From: Prorocentrum cordatum
Lineage: Eukaryota
Reading direction: 5' to 3'
Length of the DNA: 64,000 nucleotides
Assembly: GCA_963575745.1 (NCBI GenBank)
Contig: CAUYUJ010000118.1
Location: 1-64,000 of the forward strand
Positions within the stretch are counted from its first letter, which is position 1. Every line of letters starts with the position of its first letter. This document shows positions 13,362-26,400 of the stretch, piece by piece. The position numbers and the translations under genes are program-made. The notes under the pieces are model-generated. The model was not told the origin of the DNA. It was given only the letters and a program-made list of their open reading frames with translations, and did not search any database.

Positions 13362-13377
13362 TTGCGCCCTGCCCCTC

Positions 13378-13574
13378 CTGACGGGGGCCCTCCGCCGGGG
13401 CGCCAGCGCCCAGGGGCCACGCGCGCTGCCGGTAGGCCCACGCGCTGGCCTTGCCGGCGCACCGGACCACGTCGCGCACGGAGGCGCGCAGGGAGCCCGG
13501 GCGGTGCACGGCGGCGCCCGCGGCGGCGGCGTGCTCGGCGTCGTGGGCGGTGGGCATGCCAGGGGGCGCACAGC
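13378..13574 (-). CDS. Exon of spliced gene (CAPPGMPTAHDAEHAAAAG...RQRAWPLGAGAPAEGPRQ)
   Basis: AG|G acceptor, phase 1 start matches the upstream exon, CAG|GA donor, 2+65x3 nt, GC3-rich. Confidence 0.75.
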
Positions 13575-15456
13575 CTGGGAGGGCGCCGGAGGAGGAGGAG
13601 GAGGAGGAGGAGGAGGGGGAGGAGGAGGAGGAGGAGGAGGAGGGAGGAGGAGGAGAGGAGGAGGAGGAGGAGGAGGAGGAGGAGGGTGAGGAGGAGGAGG
13701 AGGAGGGGGAGGACATAGAGGCCTCCCAGATGCCAAGCGGGGTCTGCCAAATGGGCGGGCACAGCCTGGACAAGCACAGAGAGGCCGAGCACAGCCTGGG
13801 CAGCAGAGGCCGAGCGCTCCCCCTGGGCAAGACAAGCAAAGGGAGGGGCCAGGCACCGGGCCCGGGCACGGGGTCTACCAACAGCAGTACAGGCCGAGCA
13901 CAGCCCGAACAAGACGGGAGGCCTCTCAAAGGGGGTCCGAGTACATGGGGTCGGAGGATCGCGCCGCATCGACGATAAATCAACCATGCATCGGCGATGC
14001 ATCGACGACGCCGGCGTGGAGACCATCGGGTTCCACATGGAGCCGCATCGCCGATGCATCTGCGATGCGCGCACAGCCCGGGGGGCGCACGGCCTGGGAG
14101 GCCGCCGGCTGCGCAGACATGCTCGCAGCGTGAACAGGTCGGAGCGGAAGCTTTGGCCGTTTGCGGCCTCCAGGGGCTCTCGCTGGCCAGCGGCATCTCG
14201 GGATGGCAACATTTACTTGACTGAGGCTTTCGGCGGAAGCAACAGGCAACAACGCTGAGGGCACGCCGCCAAATATGATGTGTTGCAACGTCTGCGATAG
14301 AAACAACGACAAAGCAGTGAAAGAGAAAGATTTCTGGTTCCGCGCTGGGATCCTCAAAAACGACTCAGGATCAAAAGCAGGCTCTGGGGAAAGGGTCAGA
14401 ACTTACGGAGAGGGGGGGGGGGCGTGCTGAAAAAACGAGACAGCGCATCTCTGGTCAGCGATCTTGGCCAAGCCAAGCCTGGGCCCAGGGATCAGTGCAT
14501 GCACCCTCCTGGCCCAGGCAGGAAGGAGTAGACCATCAGATCCAGCCAGGCAGGCAGGAGTAGACCATCAGATCCAGGCGTTGCGCTCTTCTTCACACTG
14601 GGCATTTTCGCCATGTCTCGGGCCCCGGGACCCTCAAAGGTCGACCCGGCTCGGAAAACGCCCCAGCAAGACAGGGCCCAGGGCTCTGGTGGCGAGGTCC
14701 CAGGCGCAGCCGTAGGGCCTCCCGCGCGCGGGGTCCCCCCCCTGGGTGGCTCGGCCGCGGGCGGAGCCGCACACCCTCTGGGCGCAGAGGGCACCACGCC
14801 TCCGGGGAAGCCACGACGTGCCCAGGCGTCCGGCGCCCCGGCTTGCTCGAGAGAACGGGCCCCGGACCGAACTCCCATCACATCGGGGCGCTGCGATTGT
14901 CCGCGCTGCTGCGATCGTCTCGCAGCGTCGGATCCTCAGGGCCTGCGCACGGCCCACCGGCAGGAGGGCGTATGGGCACCGATCCTGGAAGGGTCGGCCC
15001 GGCCAGGGCACTGCAGGGGATACCTCCTCCTCCTCCTCCTCCTCCTCCTCCTCCTCCTCCTCCTCCTCCTCCTCCTCCCCCTCCCCTCCCTCCCTCCTCC
15101 TCCTCCTCCTCCTCCTCCTCCTCCCCTCCTCCTCCTCCCCTCCCCTCCCCTCCTCCTCCTCCTCCTTCCTCCTCCTCCTCCTCTCCTCCTCCTCCTCCTC
15201 CTCCTCCTCCTCCTTCTCCCGTGCAGGTTTGCGGCTGGCGTCTCCCAGATGACCAGAGGGCAGCCCCAGGGAGAAGAGCGGCTGCTCCGGCACAGCGGTA
15301 TCCTCAAGGGGTCCAGGGGAACACACAAATACATCGGCACAGATCCAATGACTCCCCCTCATGCCTGTGGCAGGTCTCCAGGATGCTCCTCTTCGCCTCC
15401 AGCTCACACACCCTCCCGCATTCTCATGAAAGTCCGTGCGTCTGCAGAGCCCTCCT

Positions 15457-15668
15457 AGATGGGGTCCGTGTAGATGGGGTCGGAGGATCGCGGCGCATCG
15501 CCGATGTATCGCTGATGCATCGGCGATGCATCGCCGATGTATCGACGACGTCGGCGGCACATCGGTGACCTCAGCGCGGAGAAACTCGGGCCCCACATCG
15601 AGCCGCACCGGCGATGCCTCGGCGATGCGGCGTAGTCCTCCGACCCCCTCTGCTCTGACCCCCCCTCT
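15457..15668. mobile_element. Palindromic TIR-like element
   Basis: GGGGTCGGAGGA...TCCTCCGACCCC arms with internal CATCGCCGATG palindromes; partial copy at ~13931-14065; no clear TSD. Confidence 0.5.
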
Positions 15669-15792
15669 CTTCCAGACCTGGAGTCTGTGCTCGCGCCGAG
15701 GATAGGGGGCCAGATAGGGGGCCAGATGCGAACCATACCCCTACCCCCCACGATTTCTGAGGGCGAGGGTGGGGTTCACTTCGCTCGGAAGC

Positions 15793-15997
15793 CGAGGTCC
15801 ACCAGGCTGAGGCCCACCCCGCGGCCCGGGCGCCCGGGCGCGCCGCGGCACAGCACGTCCAGCTGCAGTAGCCGCGGCGTGACGTGCGCCCCCAGGTCCC
15901 AGGCGCAGCCGTAGGGCCCCCCGCGCGCGGGGTCCCCCCCCGGGTGGCTCGGCCGCGGGCCGAGCGGCACGCCCTCCAGGCGCAGAGGGCACCACGC
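15793..15997 (-). CDS. Exon of spliced gene (AWCPLRLEGVPLG...GPYGCAWDLGAHVTPRLLQLDVLCRG...GLSLVDL)
   Basis: AG|G acceptor, G|GC donor, 68 codons +1, GC3-rich, phases match both neighbours. Confidence 0.8.
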
Positions 15998-16384
15998 CTC
16001 TCGAGGATCCTCAGAGGCCCTGTGCTCCTCCTCCTCCTCAGCCTCTTCCTCCTCCTCCTCCTCCTCCTCCTCCTCCTCCCCTCCTCCTCCTCCTCCTCCT
16101 CCTCCTCCTCCTCTCCTCCTCCTCCTCCTCCTCCTCCTCCTCTCCTCCTCCTCCTCCTCCTCCTCCTCCTCCTCCTCCTCCTCCTCCTCCTCCTCCTCCT
16201 CCTCCTCCTCCTCCTACCTCCTCCTCCTCCTCTCCTCCCCTCCTCCTCCTCCTCCTCCTCCTCCTCCTCCCTCCCCTCCTCCTCCTCCTCCTCCTCTCTC
16301 CTCCCCTCCTCCCCTCTCCTCCTCCCTCTCATGCCTCCTCCACCTCCTCCTCCTCATCCTCCTCCGCCTCAGATCGCCCTCCTC

Positions 16385-16640
16385 CTCAGAACGTGTGTTG
16401 GCGCCAACGTGTGCTTGTCCATCGAAGCCCTTGGATACGACGCAGGCGATGCAATGCTCTACCGGCCGGGCTAGGCGGGATAAACACACACATAGGGCTA
16501 ACGCCTCAGATCGCAGGAAATCCTCAGAACGTGTGTTGGCGCCAACGTGTGCTTGTCCATCGAAGCCCTTGGATACGACGCAGGCGATGCAATGCTCTAC
16601 CGGCCGGGCTAGGCGGGATAAACACACACATAGGGCTAAC
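16385..16640. repeat. Recent 138-bp-period tandem duplication
   Basis: ~118-bp segment (CTCAGAACGTGTGTTGG...ATAGGGCTAAC) repeated apparently identically at 16385 and 16523. Confidence 0.9.
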
Positions 16641-17397
16641 ACACGTCCCGAGGATCATCGAGCCTCCCTGGGGAAGCCAAGACATGCCCAGACGTCCGGC
16701 GCCCCGACTTGCTCGAGGAACGGGCCCCGGACCGAACGCCAATCACATCGGGGCGCTGCGATGTTGTCACAACGGGCGCTGTTGCCCGGCTTCGGGCCAT
16801 GGGACCCTCACAGATCGACCGGGTTCGAAAAATGACGCAGAAAGATGGGGATTGGGACTCCAGGCGTGATTTTTCGCGCGATGTCGCGAGTGGGCACCAC
16901 GCCTGTGAGGAAGCAGAGACATACGCAGGGTGGAGCTAAAAAAGCTGACCCGACCAGGACGAACAATGTGACGAATGTCGCGAAACTGGAGGAGGAGTAG
17001 GAGGAGGAGGGGGAGGAGGAGGGGAAGGAGGAGGAGGAGGAGGAGTAGTAGGAGGAGGAGGAGGACGAGGAGCTCGAGACCTTGAGATCCACGCTGAACA
17101 TCCACATTGCTCGTCCGCAGAAAAGCTTCTCAGGTCTCATGGCCCTATCATGAGGGGAAAAAACACACAGACACAATTAATCGTCCACTCCCAGGAGAAT
17201 ATGGGAAAATATGGGAAGTGTGGGGGACGACAAGAAGCCAGAAAATATAAGAAAATATGGTGAATTCATTCCCTACCTAGGCTCTGCCTAGAGGGTTCTT
17301 ACTTTGTTTGCTTAAAGGGGCCGGGCAGTGTAAAACGCCCCGGGCGGTTCCCCCAGTCCCCGCCCCGCGGTTCCCCCAGTTGCGCCCCCTGGGTTCC

Positions 17398-17950
17398 CCT
17401 AGCTTAGCTTAGCTTAGCTTACCTTAGCTTCGCTTAGCTCAGCTAAGCTTAGCTTAGTTTAGGATACCTGAGCGTAGCCTAGCCTAGCTTAGCTTAGCTT
17501 AGCTTAGCTTATCTCATCTTAGCTTAGCTTAGTTTAGTTTATATTAGCTGAGCTTAGCTGAGCTTAGCTTAGCTTATATCATATTAGCTTAGCTTAGCTT
17601 AGCTTAGCTTAGCGTATCTTAGCTGAGCTTAGCTGAGCTTAGCTTAGCTTAGCTTATATCAGATTAGCTTAGCTTACTGTTCTTAGCTTAGCTCAGCTTT
17701 GCTTAGCTTAGCTTAGCTTAGCTTGGCTTGGCTTAGCTTAGCTTAGCTTAGCTTAGTCTAGCCTGGCTGTAGTTTAGCTTAGCTTAGCTTACCTTACCTT
17801 AGCTTAGCGCAGCGCGGCATAGCGCAGCGCAGCATTAGCACAGCATAGCATAGCATAGCATAGCCATGCATAGCATAGCATAGCATAGCTCAGCATAGCA
17901 CAGGCATAGCATAGCATAGCATAGCGCAGCATAGCATAGCACAGCATAGA
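17398..17950. repeat. Pentanucleotide satellite (CTTAG)n grading into (CATAG)n
   Basis: Directly visible; switch near 17805. Confidence 0.95.
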
Positions 17951-18778
17951 TGCTGGTGTAGATGTAAATGTAGCTGTCGGTGTACATGTAGATGTTGCTT
18001 TCCTACATGCTCCAACTCCTAGGTAGGGTCGCACTGTGATAATTTGTGCGTATTTATTTGTGTGTCCCAGGGCCCCTTCACCCCAGGCCACACATCTGGC
18101 GTCTCGAGTGACGGGCCCCCGATCGACCACTTCCCCAGGGCCAGCTTTCTCATCGCGACTCGTTTTTGACGGCCCCGAGGCCCCGTAGAGGCCCCGAGGG
18201 GCCGAAAGCAGTGGGAAAAAAACACGCGAGGACGCTGAAAACGGTCCTGGCCAGAGTGCTGGGGGGATGCAGCCATGGCGAAGAGGGCCTCCCAGGGGGG
18301 CCGAGAAGACGAGCACGAGGAACTGTCCATCGCTCGGACGTCCACTCCCTGTGCATTTTTCGATCTCGTGCGTGTATTGCTTCGCAAGATTAGGAGAATT
18401 TTGTCTTCCCCCCCCACTTCCCATATTTTCCCATATTTTCTAGGGGATCGACGATTAATTGTATCTGCGTGTTTTTGTTATCCTCCTGAGTTTCCTCGCC
18501 CGAGCCTCGGAGCCAGGCGGCCCCACCCACGCCTCCGGCAGCCGGCGCACCGAGGGTCCAGTGATCTAGGTGCTCGCTCTGGGGACCTCCTGGTAAGACG
18601 AAGTGAGGACGAGGGTAACATCGGATGAGGACGAGGATAAGCAGATGCCCCCCCAGGGGCATCAGAAGGCATCCAGAGCCCCAGAGTGGCCGCCAAGAAC
18701 TCCCCTGCGGGCTCCCCAGCCAGGGGCGCCAGCGTCCATCTGCACGGGCACCCCCTGCAAATCCAACGCAACGGGTTG

Positions 18779-18974
18779 CGGCGAGCGAGGGGGGGAAATA
18801 AGAGGAGAAGGCCTGCTCAGGAGGCGGCAGGGCTTCTCAGAAGCCCTCGCGCCTTCTGAGAGGGTTTGTTCTGGGTTCGGGGCAGGCTTGGAAAACTCCT
18901 CGCAAGGCCGGGGGACTTCCGAGTCTTCTGAGACGGCCCGTACCTTCTCACTTCCCCCCCTCGCTCGCCGCCGA
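18779..18974. mobile_element. MITE-like element related to the 11098 foldback
   Basis: TIRs GCGGCGAGCGAGGGGGGGAA / TTCCCCCCCTCGCTCGCCGC and internal CTTCTCAGAAG motifs; TSD not evident. Confidence 0.6.
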
Positions 18975-19134
18975 TCCATGGACCAGAGAACAAACGACGC
19001 TACCCCACCTACGGCCCCACGGGGCTCAGCGTACACCAGGAGATCTGGCGTGGGTTTTTGCGCGGTATGCGCCATGGCCCCCCATGGGCTGCAGCGCAAC
19101 ATCGAGGGCCGTAGGTGGGGTGGTGTTTTTTGTT

Positions 19135-20670
19135 CCCACCCATGTGGTGTTGGGTCCTCGTTTTGAAGAGACGGTCCCCGCGTTCCTCCTCCCTCCTCCC
19201 TCCCTCCCCCTCCCCCTCCTCCCTTCTCCCCCTCCCCCCTGCGTTTCACCCACACAGTGCAGCGCTTCGTGGCCCCATAGGGAGCTACACCGAAGCCCCC
19301 AGTGGGACCGTCCGCATGCATCCCAGAAACCCAATTTGGCACAGCCCTCACACGTTTCGTGGCCCCATAGGGAGCTCCAGCGAAGGCCCCAGTGCCACCG
19401 TCCGCATGCGTCCCGAAAACCCTATTTGGCATACCCCTCACACGTTTCGTGGCCCCATAGGGAGCTCCACCGAAGCCCCCAGTGCCACCGCCCGCATGCG
19501 TCCCGAAAACCCAATTTGGCACACCCCTCACACGTGCCGTGGCCCCATAGGGAGCTCCACCGAAGCCCCCAGTGGGACCGCCCGCATGCGTCCCGAAAAC
19601 CCAATTTGGCACACACCCTCGCACGTTTCGTGGCCCCATGGGGAGCTCCACCGAAGCCCCCAGTGGGATCGCCCGCATGCGTCCCGAAAACCCAAATTTG
19701 GTATACCCCTCACACGCTTCGTGGCCCCATAGGGAGCTCCACCGACGGCCGCAGTGCTACCGCCCGCATGCGTCCCGAAAACCCAATTTGGCACACCCCT
19801 CACAAGCTTCGTGGCCCCATAGGGAGCTCCACCGAAGGCCCCAGTGCTACCGCATGCGTCCCGAAAGCCCAATTTGGCACACCCCTCACACGTGTCGTGG
19901 CCCCATAGGGAGCTCCACCGAAGGCCCCAGTGCCACCGCCCGCATGCGTCCCCCACACCCATTTCGGCACACCCCTCACACGCGTCGTGGTCCCATAGGG
20001 AGCTCCACCGAAGGTCCCCGTGCTACCGCCCGCACGCGTTTCCCCTCCCCCCCCACCCCAGTACAGCGCTTCGTGGCCCCATAAGGAGCTCCACCGACGG
20101 CCACAGTGCTACCGCCCGCATGCGTCCCGAAAACCCAATTTGGCACACCCCTCACACGTTTCGTGGCCCGCATGCGTCCCGAAAACCCAATTTGGCACAC
20201 CCCTCACACGTGTCGTGGCCCCATAGGGAGCTCCACCAAAGCCCCTTGTAACCCAATTTGGCACACCCCTCACACGCGTCGTGGCCCCATAGGGAGCTCC
20301 ACCGAAGGCCCCAGTGCCACCGCCCGCATGCGTCCCCCACACCCATTTCGGCACACCCCTCACACGATTCGTGATCCCATAGGGAGCTCCACCGAAGGCC
20401 CCCGTGCTACCGCCCGCACGCGTTCCCCCCCCCCAGTACAGCGCTTCGTGGCCCCATAGTGAGCTCCACCGAAGGTTCCAGGTCTGCCCACCAGTACAGC
20501 TTGTTTCGTGACCCCATAGGGAGCTCCACCGAAGGCCCCAGTGCTACCGCCCGCATGCGTTCCCTCCCACCCAGTGCAGCGCTTCGTGGCCCCATAGGAA
20601 GCTCCACCGAAGAAGATGTTCACAATTGCAACACCCACAACTGCATATTGTTGGGTCCTTCGCCAGGATA
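19135..20670. mobile_element. Interspersed element carrying a 90-bp tandem array
   Basis: GGCCCCATAGGGAGCTCCACCGAAG every 90 bp (19271, 19361, 19451, 19541...); same termini and array at 38059-39330. Confidence 0.75.
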
Positions 20671-21595
20671 TTTTGTTTGGTCGACTGCGGACCTCCTGGT
20701 AAGACGAAGTCAGGACGAGCATAAAATCGGGTTACAATGAATCCAGAATCTCTGAGATCTGGCAGCTCTGGAGGATGTCTGGGGAGCGACGGCCTGCTCA
20801 GAGCGTTCCAGAACACTCTGCGAGCGCCCCGGAACGCGCTGGAACGGACTTATCCTCGTCCTAGCCCCCTCCGACCGGGAGCCACTCGCTCCAATCAAGC
20901 GTCGCTGCTGCGACGAGCGTCGGTCGACCTGAGTGGAATTTGAGTCGAACTTGAATGGAGCTGGAAATGACCTAAACCAGTCGACCTAGAATCGAACAGA
21001 TAGGTTATGTACGTGGGGCGCAGGAAGGTCCCCGATAAAAGACGGCCAGGGGATTTGAACTGGATGGACCTCGAGAAAATCGGTCAAGGAGAGGGGATGA
21101 GGGCAAATCCACCCAAAATCGGTCCCCAAACCCCTACCGTGGTCCATTTGGTGCAGTTCTTCACCCGGGATCCGTTTCTGACAGTCCCGAATACCGAAAA
21201 CTGCCCCAAGACGCCCAGAAAGAACCCAGAACCTTTGACCTCGCTACTCCTCCTCCTCCTCCTCCTCCTTGCTGGACGGACCCAGTGCTGGGCCACCTCA
21301 GACCCCTGGCTCCCGGTCCCCAAAACGAACATCTAACGATAAGTGAGCATCGCTTATCCGGCCCCCATCCGCAACGGCGTGGCCTTGAACCTGCTGGCCC
21401 GCTTACCCCTCCAGGCGGGGATATAGGCTGTTTCCTTCGGGCTCCGAGGGGTACGTCCCCAAGTGGGTCGCTGATATGGTGGGGTTCTGGATGGGGAGGG
21501 ATAGGGGACAGGGGTCGGTAAAACGATACCGAGATGAGGTGGCCGCGGGCGCCCCTCGCCGCGGTCCCGCCCGCGCAGGGCTCCAGGCGGGGCGC

Positions 21596-21679
21596 CTGCA
21601 GGCAGTGCGAGAAACGCAGGAGCGACAGCAGGAGCGGCGGCTCCGGGCAGGGCGCCGCGCGTCGCCGCCGGGCCAGCCC
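21596..21679 (-). CDS. Exon of spliced gene (GLARRRRAAPCPEPPLLLSLLRFSHCLQ)
   Basis: AG|G acceptor, CAG|GC donor, 28 codons; an alternative in-frame GT donor at 21530 cannot be excluded. Confidence 0.7.
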
Positions 21680-21754
21680 CTCGAGTTGGAGCGCCCGACG
21701 TGGGTGCAGAGAAAAAACGAAACAAGTCAAGCCTGTATGCCTGCAAGGCGGCGC

Positions 21755-23240
21755 CTCCTCCTCCTCCTCCTCCTCCTCCTCCTCCTCCTCCCCCTCCTCC
21801 TCCTCCTCCTCCTCCTCCCTCCTCCTCCTCCCCTCCTCCTCCTCCCTCCCCCTGCTCTCTGCTCTGCTCCCTGTTCTCTCCTCCTCCTCCTCCTCCTCCT
21901 CCTCCTCCCCCCTCCTCCTCCTCCTCTCCTCTCCTCCTCCTCCCTCCTCCTCTCCTCTCCTCTTCCGCTCCTCCTCCTTTTCCTCTTCCTTCTCCTCCTC
22001 CTCCTCCTCCTCCTCCTCTCCTCCTCCTCTCCTCCTCCCCCTCCCTCCTCCTCCCTCCTCTCTCCTCCTCCTCCTCCTCCTCCTCCTCCTCCTCCTCCTC
22101 CGCATCTTCATGTTGTTACTATTAGTATTCATGTTATCAGTTTAATGTGTATAATTATTGTTCTTAGTATTATTAGTAGTATTAGTATTATGAGTGTTGG
22201 TAGTATTAGTATTAGTAGTATGATTATTAGTGTTGTTATTGCTATTCTTATTATTCCTACTACTGGTAGTATTAAGTGTTTTATTCGTCGTATGTGTATG
22301 ATTAATAGTTGTAGTAGTATCAATCTGTTTTTTTTTTGAAAATAAACATAATAATAATAGTATGGTTAATACTATCAATAATAATATATTGCGTATCAAT
22401 AATATGCTCATTATTAATATGTTTCTTCCAAGTCTTATAATCAGTGTTAGTCTTCTTCTTTTTACGATTGCCATTATTATACTTTGATTTTTTATTATTA
22501 TGAGCAGTATTAGAAAATATTCTTCTTTTTATTGCTCATAGTATTAATATTAGCCTGACTCCTTTCATGATTCGACTTCGTAGTGTTATTCTTATTATTG
22601 TTATTATGAATATCATTATTACCAGTATTGATATTATCATTATTAATGGTATGATGCTCCTTACTATTGTTTTATCATTACCATTACTCTTCTTGTTATC
22701 AGTTATATTATCATTAGCACAACTGCTATTACTACTCTTAAGATAATTATGATTATTATTATTATTATTATCATTATTATGTTTCTTCTTAATATTACTA
22801 GTACCGTTCCTCTTCTAATCCGTAGTATTACTCTTCGTAGTACGAGTATCATTAGTATGCTTAATATTAGTACTCGTATTCTCAGCAGTCTTATTGTTAT
22901 TACTATTCTTCTGTCTTATTATTACTATTACCAGTATTATTCGTATTATCTGTATGCTTATTCGTATTATTATTACTCTTTTGCTTCTTGTTATTTTCCT
23001 TATCCTTATCCTTTTCCTTCTCCTTCTCCTTCTTCTTCTTATTCCTCTTCTTCTTCCTCCTCCTATCATCATCACAATCATGTTCATCATCATCATCATC
23101 ATCAGCAGCATCATTATCATGCTCATCATCATCAGCATCATCATAAGCAGCAGTATCATCACCATCAGCAGCATCATCGTCATTAGCAGCAGCATCATCA
23201 TCAGCATCATCAGCATCAGAATCAGCATCAGCATCAGCAT
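21755..23240. repeat. (CCT)n, then AT-rich degenerate (TAT/TAG/CTT)n, then (CAT/CAG)n
   Basis: Directly visible low complexity. Confidence 0.95.
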
Positions 23241-23462
23241 CAACACAACAACAGAGAGCCGCGCCCAGACGGCGCATCGGCAGGAAATGTGCACATGCAT
23301 ACGTGGAAAATGTCACTGGGCCTCGGCCGGCAACCACTTGCAAGCTTTGCGCAAATGGCGCGCGAGGGTACGCAGCAACACTCCGTCTGAAGAGGGTGGG
23401 GGGGGCGGGGAGGGGACAGGGAGGAGGGAGGCGAATGAGCAGAGCGAGGGAACTCATCGCAG

Positions 23463-26400
23463 TCACACTGACTGTTTACAATACTCTTTAACAACTGCAT
23501 CCCATTCCCTTGGAGGAGAATTCAATAATATCTGCAGGCGGTCGGGGTCGTCTCCTGCGACTCTCAGCGCGCGGGCGTGCATGTAACTGGTCCATTGCAA
23601 GCGCGGTCTGCCTCGATTCTTCAGGGACCGCCATTCCCGCGGCATTAGGGAGTGCGCCTCGCCTGGCTGGAACACCATTGCTTTCGGCAACGATTGCGAA
23701 GGTGCCCTTGCTAATTTACCGCAATATTTAAGCTGCCTCTCCAATAGTATAGTTGACAATGGAGGAGATTGTGCTTCAAGCAGGACGCGTTGATTGCTGA
23801 AGAAAGATAGGAATGCCGGTTGGATCTTCAGTACTCTGCGGTAGCATTTGGCTTGAAATCCATCCAGTCTGTTCTTGTCTGCTTGCAATAATACACAAGA
23901 TTCCAATCCGTACAATAATTTGGAGAAGACGCAGGCTTGCAGTACTCGTAGCTTGTGCTGCTTGGTCATGTTTGCGTGGTTCCACACAGCACATAATTTG
24001 TCAAATGCTCCTTTTGCTTCTCCGAGGCGGCGCGTTATTTCAGCCTTGGGCCGACCATCTGCGCTTAAGAGGCCACCAAGATAAACAACGTCGTCTTTAG
24101 ATTGGATTTCTTCTCCATTCGGCCCCAAAACCGTAGCATGCGATCTGATTTTCAGTAATAATGTTTTGCCAGCGTTCAGGTCGAGCCCAAAAGTTTTCCC
24201 AATGTTTGACACGATATGAAAATGCCTCTGAAGTGACTCCGGACACTGTGCCACGAGCAGCGTGTCGTCGGCGTAGAGCACGTCATTAGTAACCACATAC
24301 GGCTTATTCTTGGAGATGCCCGGCTGCGCGTGGAAGTCCTTGTCGACGGCCTCGAGAAGCACCGACATAACGATTACGAACAGATAAGGAGATAAAGGAC
24401 AACCTTGTGCAATTCCAGCTGGTTGACACTTTTGCGATGATGTTGTTGCCCCATCTGTGACGACAAACTTGCGCGCCTTGTAGATCGCGGCAATCATGTT
24501 CAGCATGGCGGGTGGTACTTGGAAGTGGCGGAGTGCGAACAGTAGCCCCGCTGGTCTGATACGATCAAAAGCTTTGCTCCAGTCTAGTAACAGCAGGAAC
24601 AGTTTACCATTTTTGTCCTCCAGTGCAGCGTCAATGAGTCTTCGCACTAAGAATAGTGCGTCGCCGGTGCCCCGGGCAGGCCGGAATCCATATTGAGATT
24701 CTCGTAGTTTTTCTTCAGCGCCTCCAGTCTTGAGTCGGTGTAAAATTATACTGGCCAAAACTTTATAGCCCACCGCTAACAGGGATATGGGCCTATAGTT
24801 GGATGGCTCGGAGGTGTCGCCTTTTTTGAATATTGATACAACCGAAGCTTCTCGCCAATGCGCTGGCATGTCTTTCTGCCGCCAACAATCGTCACACAGC
24901 TGTCTTAATATCTCTAGGGCCGCGCTGTTCCTCCATAGCGCGTGCCATAGATCAGGGGGTACTCTATCATTCCCGGCCGCTTTCTGCACCTTCAAGCGTT
25001 TGACTGCTCGTCGAACCTCTTCCAAATTGATGCTGCCAACGTCGATGGGTAAGAAGCTGCTGTCCTCCGCTAGGTTGGGAAGCTGTTCTGCCTCATGACA
25101 TAATTTCCATTGTTCTTTTTCCAGATAGTTTGCCATCGTTTCGGCTCGCTCCTCTGCGCCAACTAGATTACCCTGGGTATCCCGTAGACGTCCATATTTC
25201 ATCGGCCGCCCTTTCCGGAGTGATCGAATAGCTTGCCATCCGTTTTGTGTTATTGCTTCTTCCAGCCACGCTTTCCTGTCGGCCCGTGCCGAAAGTTGTA
25301 TCTGCTTGTTGAGGCCTTTCATGACTTTTGCATCCGCCCCGGCATTTCTACGGCGATTCCGCTCTTCGATAAGATGTAGCGTTCTCGTTGTAATCCACGG
25401 CCGGCGCTTCTGCACGGAGATGGTTGGCAGAACATGTTGTGCAGATCCCAGCATGCATGTAGCCACGGATTTTGCCCTGGACTCCAGATCTGTACATGGC
25501 GGATTGCTTTCCCAATTGCGAACAAAGGCATCAGCGTATTTATCTGCGATGTCCTTGTTTTGTAGTGTCGTCAGATCTGCTGTGGCTGTTCTTGCTGAGC
25601 GTTCCTTTTTGGGGATGTCTACGTCGAGGTCCACTATCTGCACGAAGTGATGCGATTGGAGCGCCCTCCACCGATCGCTCCAGATAGCCGTGACGCTGCT
25701 GAACCAACTTCGCTCAACTACGACATGGTCCAATTGTTCGAACCGACCTGGTTGTACTGGTTCTGCTGGATGGGTGCCCAGATCGCGGTAAGTTGCTTTA
25801 GCTTCGAGTCCTGCGTCGAAAAATGTATTCGCAACGCACGCTTCCAGGGCACCACACAATTCCAATAGTAATTCTCGGTTTGACGTTGGCTCCCACTTCC
25901 CGGTAAGATTCTCGAAAGGATTAGGTCCTATGACTTCCCTTTCTCCGGCACGTCGTCGCAGAAGCCTCGCGTTGAAGTCCCCCAGCAGGACGGTTGGCCC
26001 ATAAGATTTGCATCTGGTGGCGAATGCCGTCAGATCGGTGAAAAAATCGTGCCGGATATCATACGGATGCTCGTTGGTCCAAGCGTATACGGTAATCAAC
26101 GTAAGAATTCCACCAGATACCCGGAGCCGAATGCTGGCCATTCTGTTGTCCTTTTGTAGGTAACCTTTGACAGCGTGTCTCATCCAAGGTGCCACTACGA
26201 ACCCGACTCCTGCATATTCTCTGCTGTCGTGCTCCGTCCCAGAAAGAATAAATAAGTATCCCTCGTGTTCCAAAATCTGTGACCCACGGCAATGTGTCTC
26301 TTGAAGACACAACACACCGATATTTAATTCTGACATGTGCTTCATTATCTCGTACAACTTGTGTGGCTTCTCCGGGCTGATGCCTTCGACATTCCAGGAG

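Noticed and set aside
17398..17805. Telomere-like repeat
   Set aside because: The unit CTTAG is not a TTTAGGG/TTAGGG-type repeat and the tract is internal to an element
17081..20928. Three extra phase-compatible exons (20928-20876, 18754-18674, 17144-17081) using a GT donor at 21530
   Set aside because: A frame can be threaded through them, but two have weaker GC3 bias and the junction repeats are poor. The direct CLQ|AWCPL join is simpler. Not excluded without transcripts
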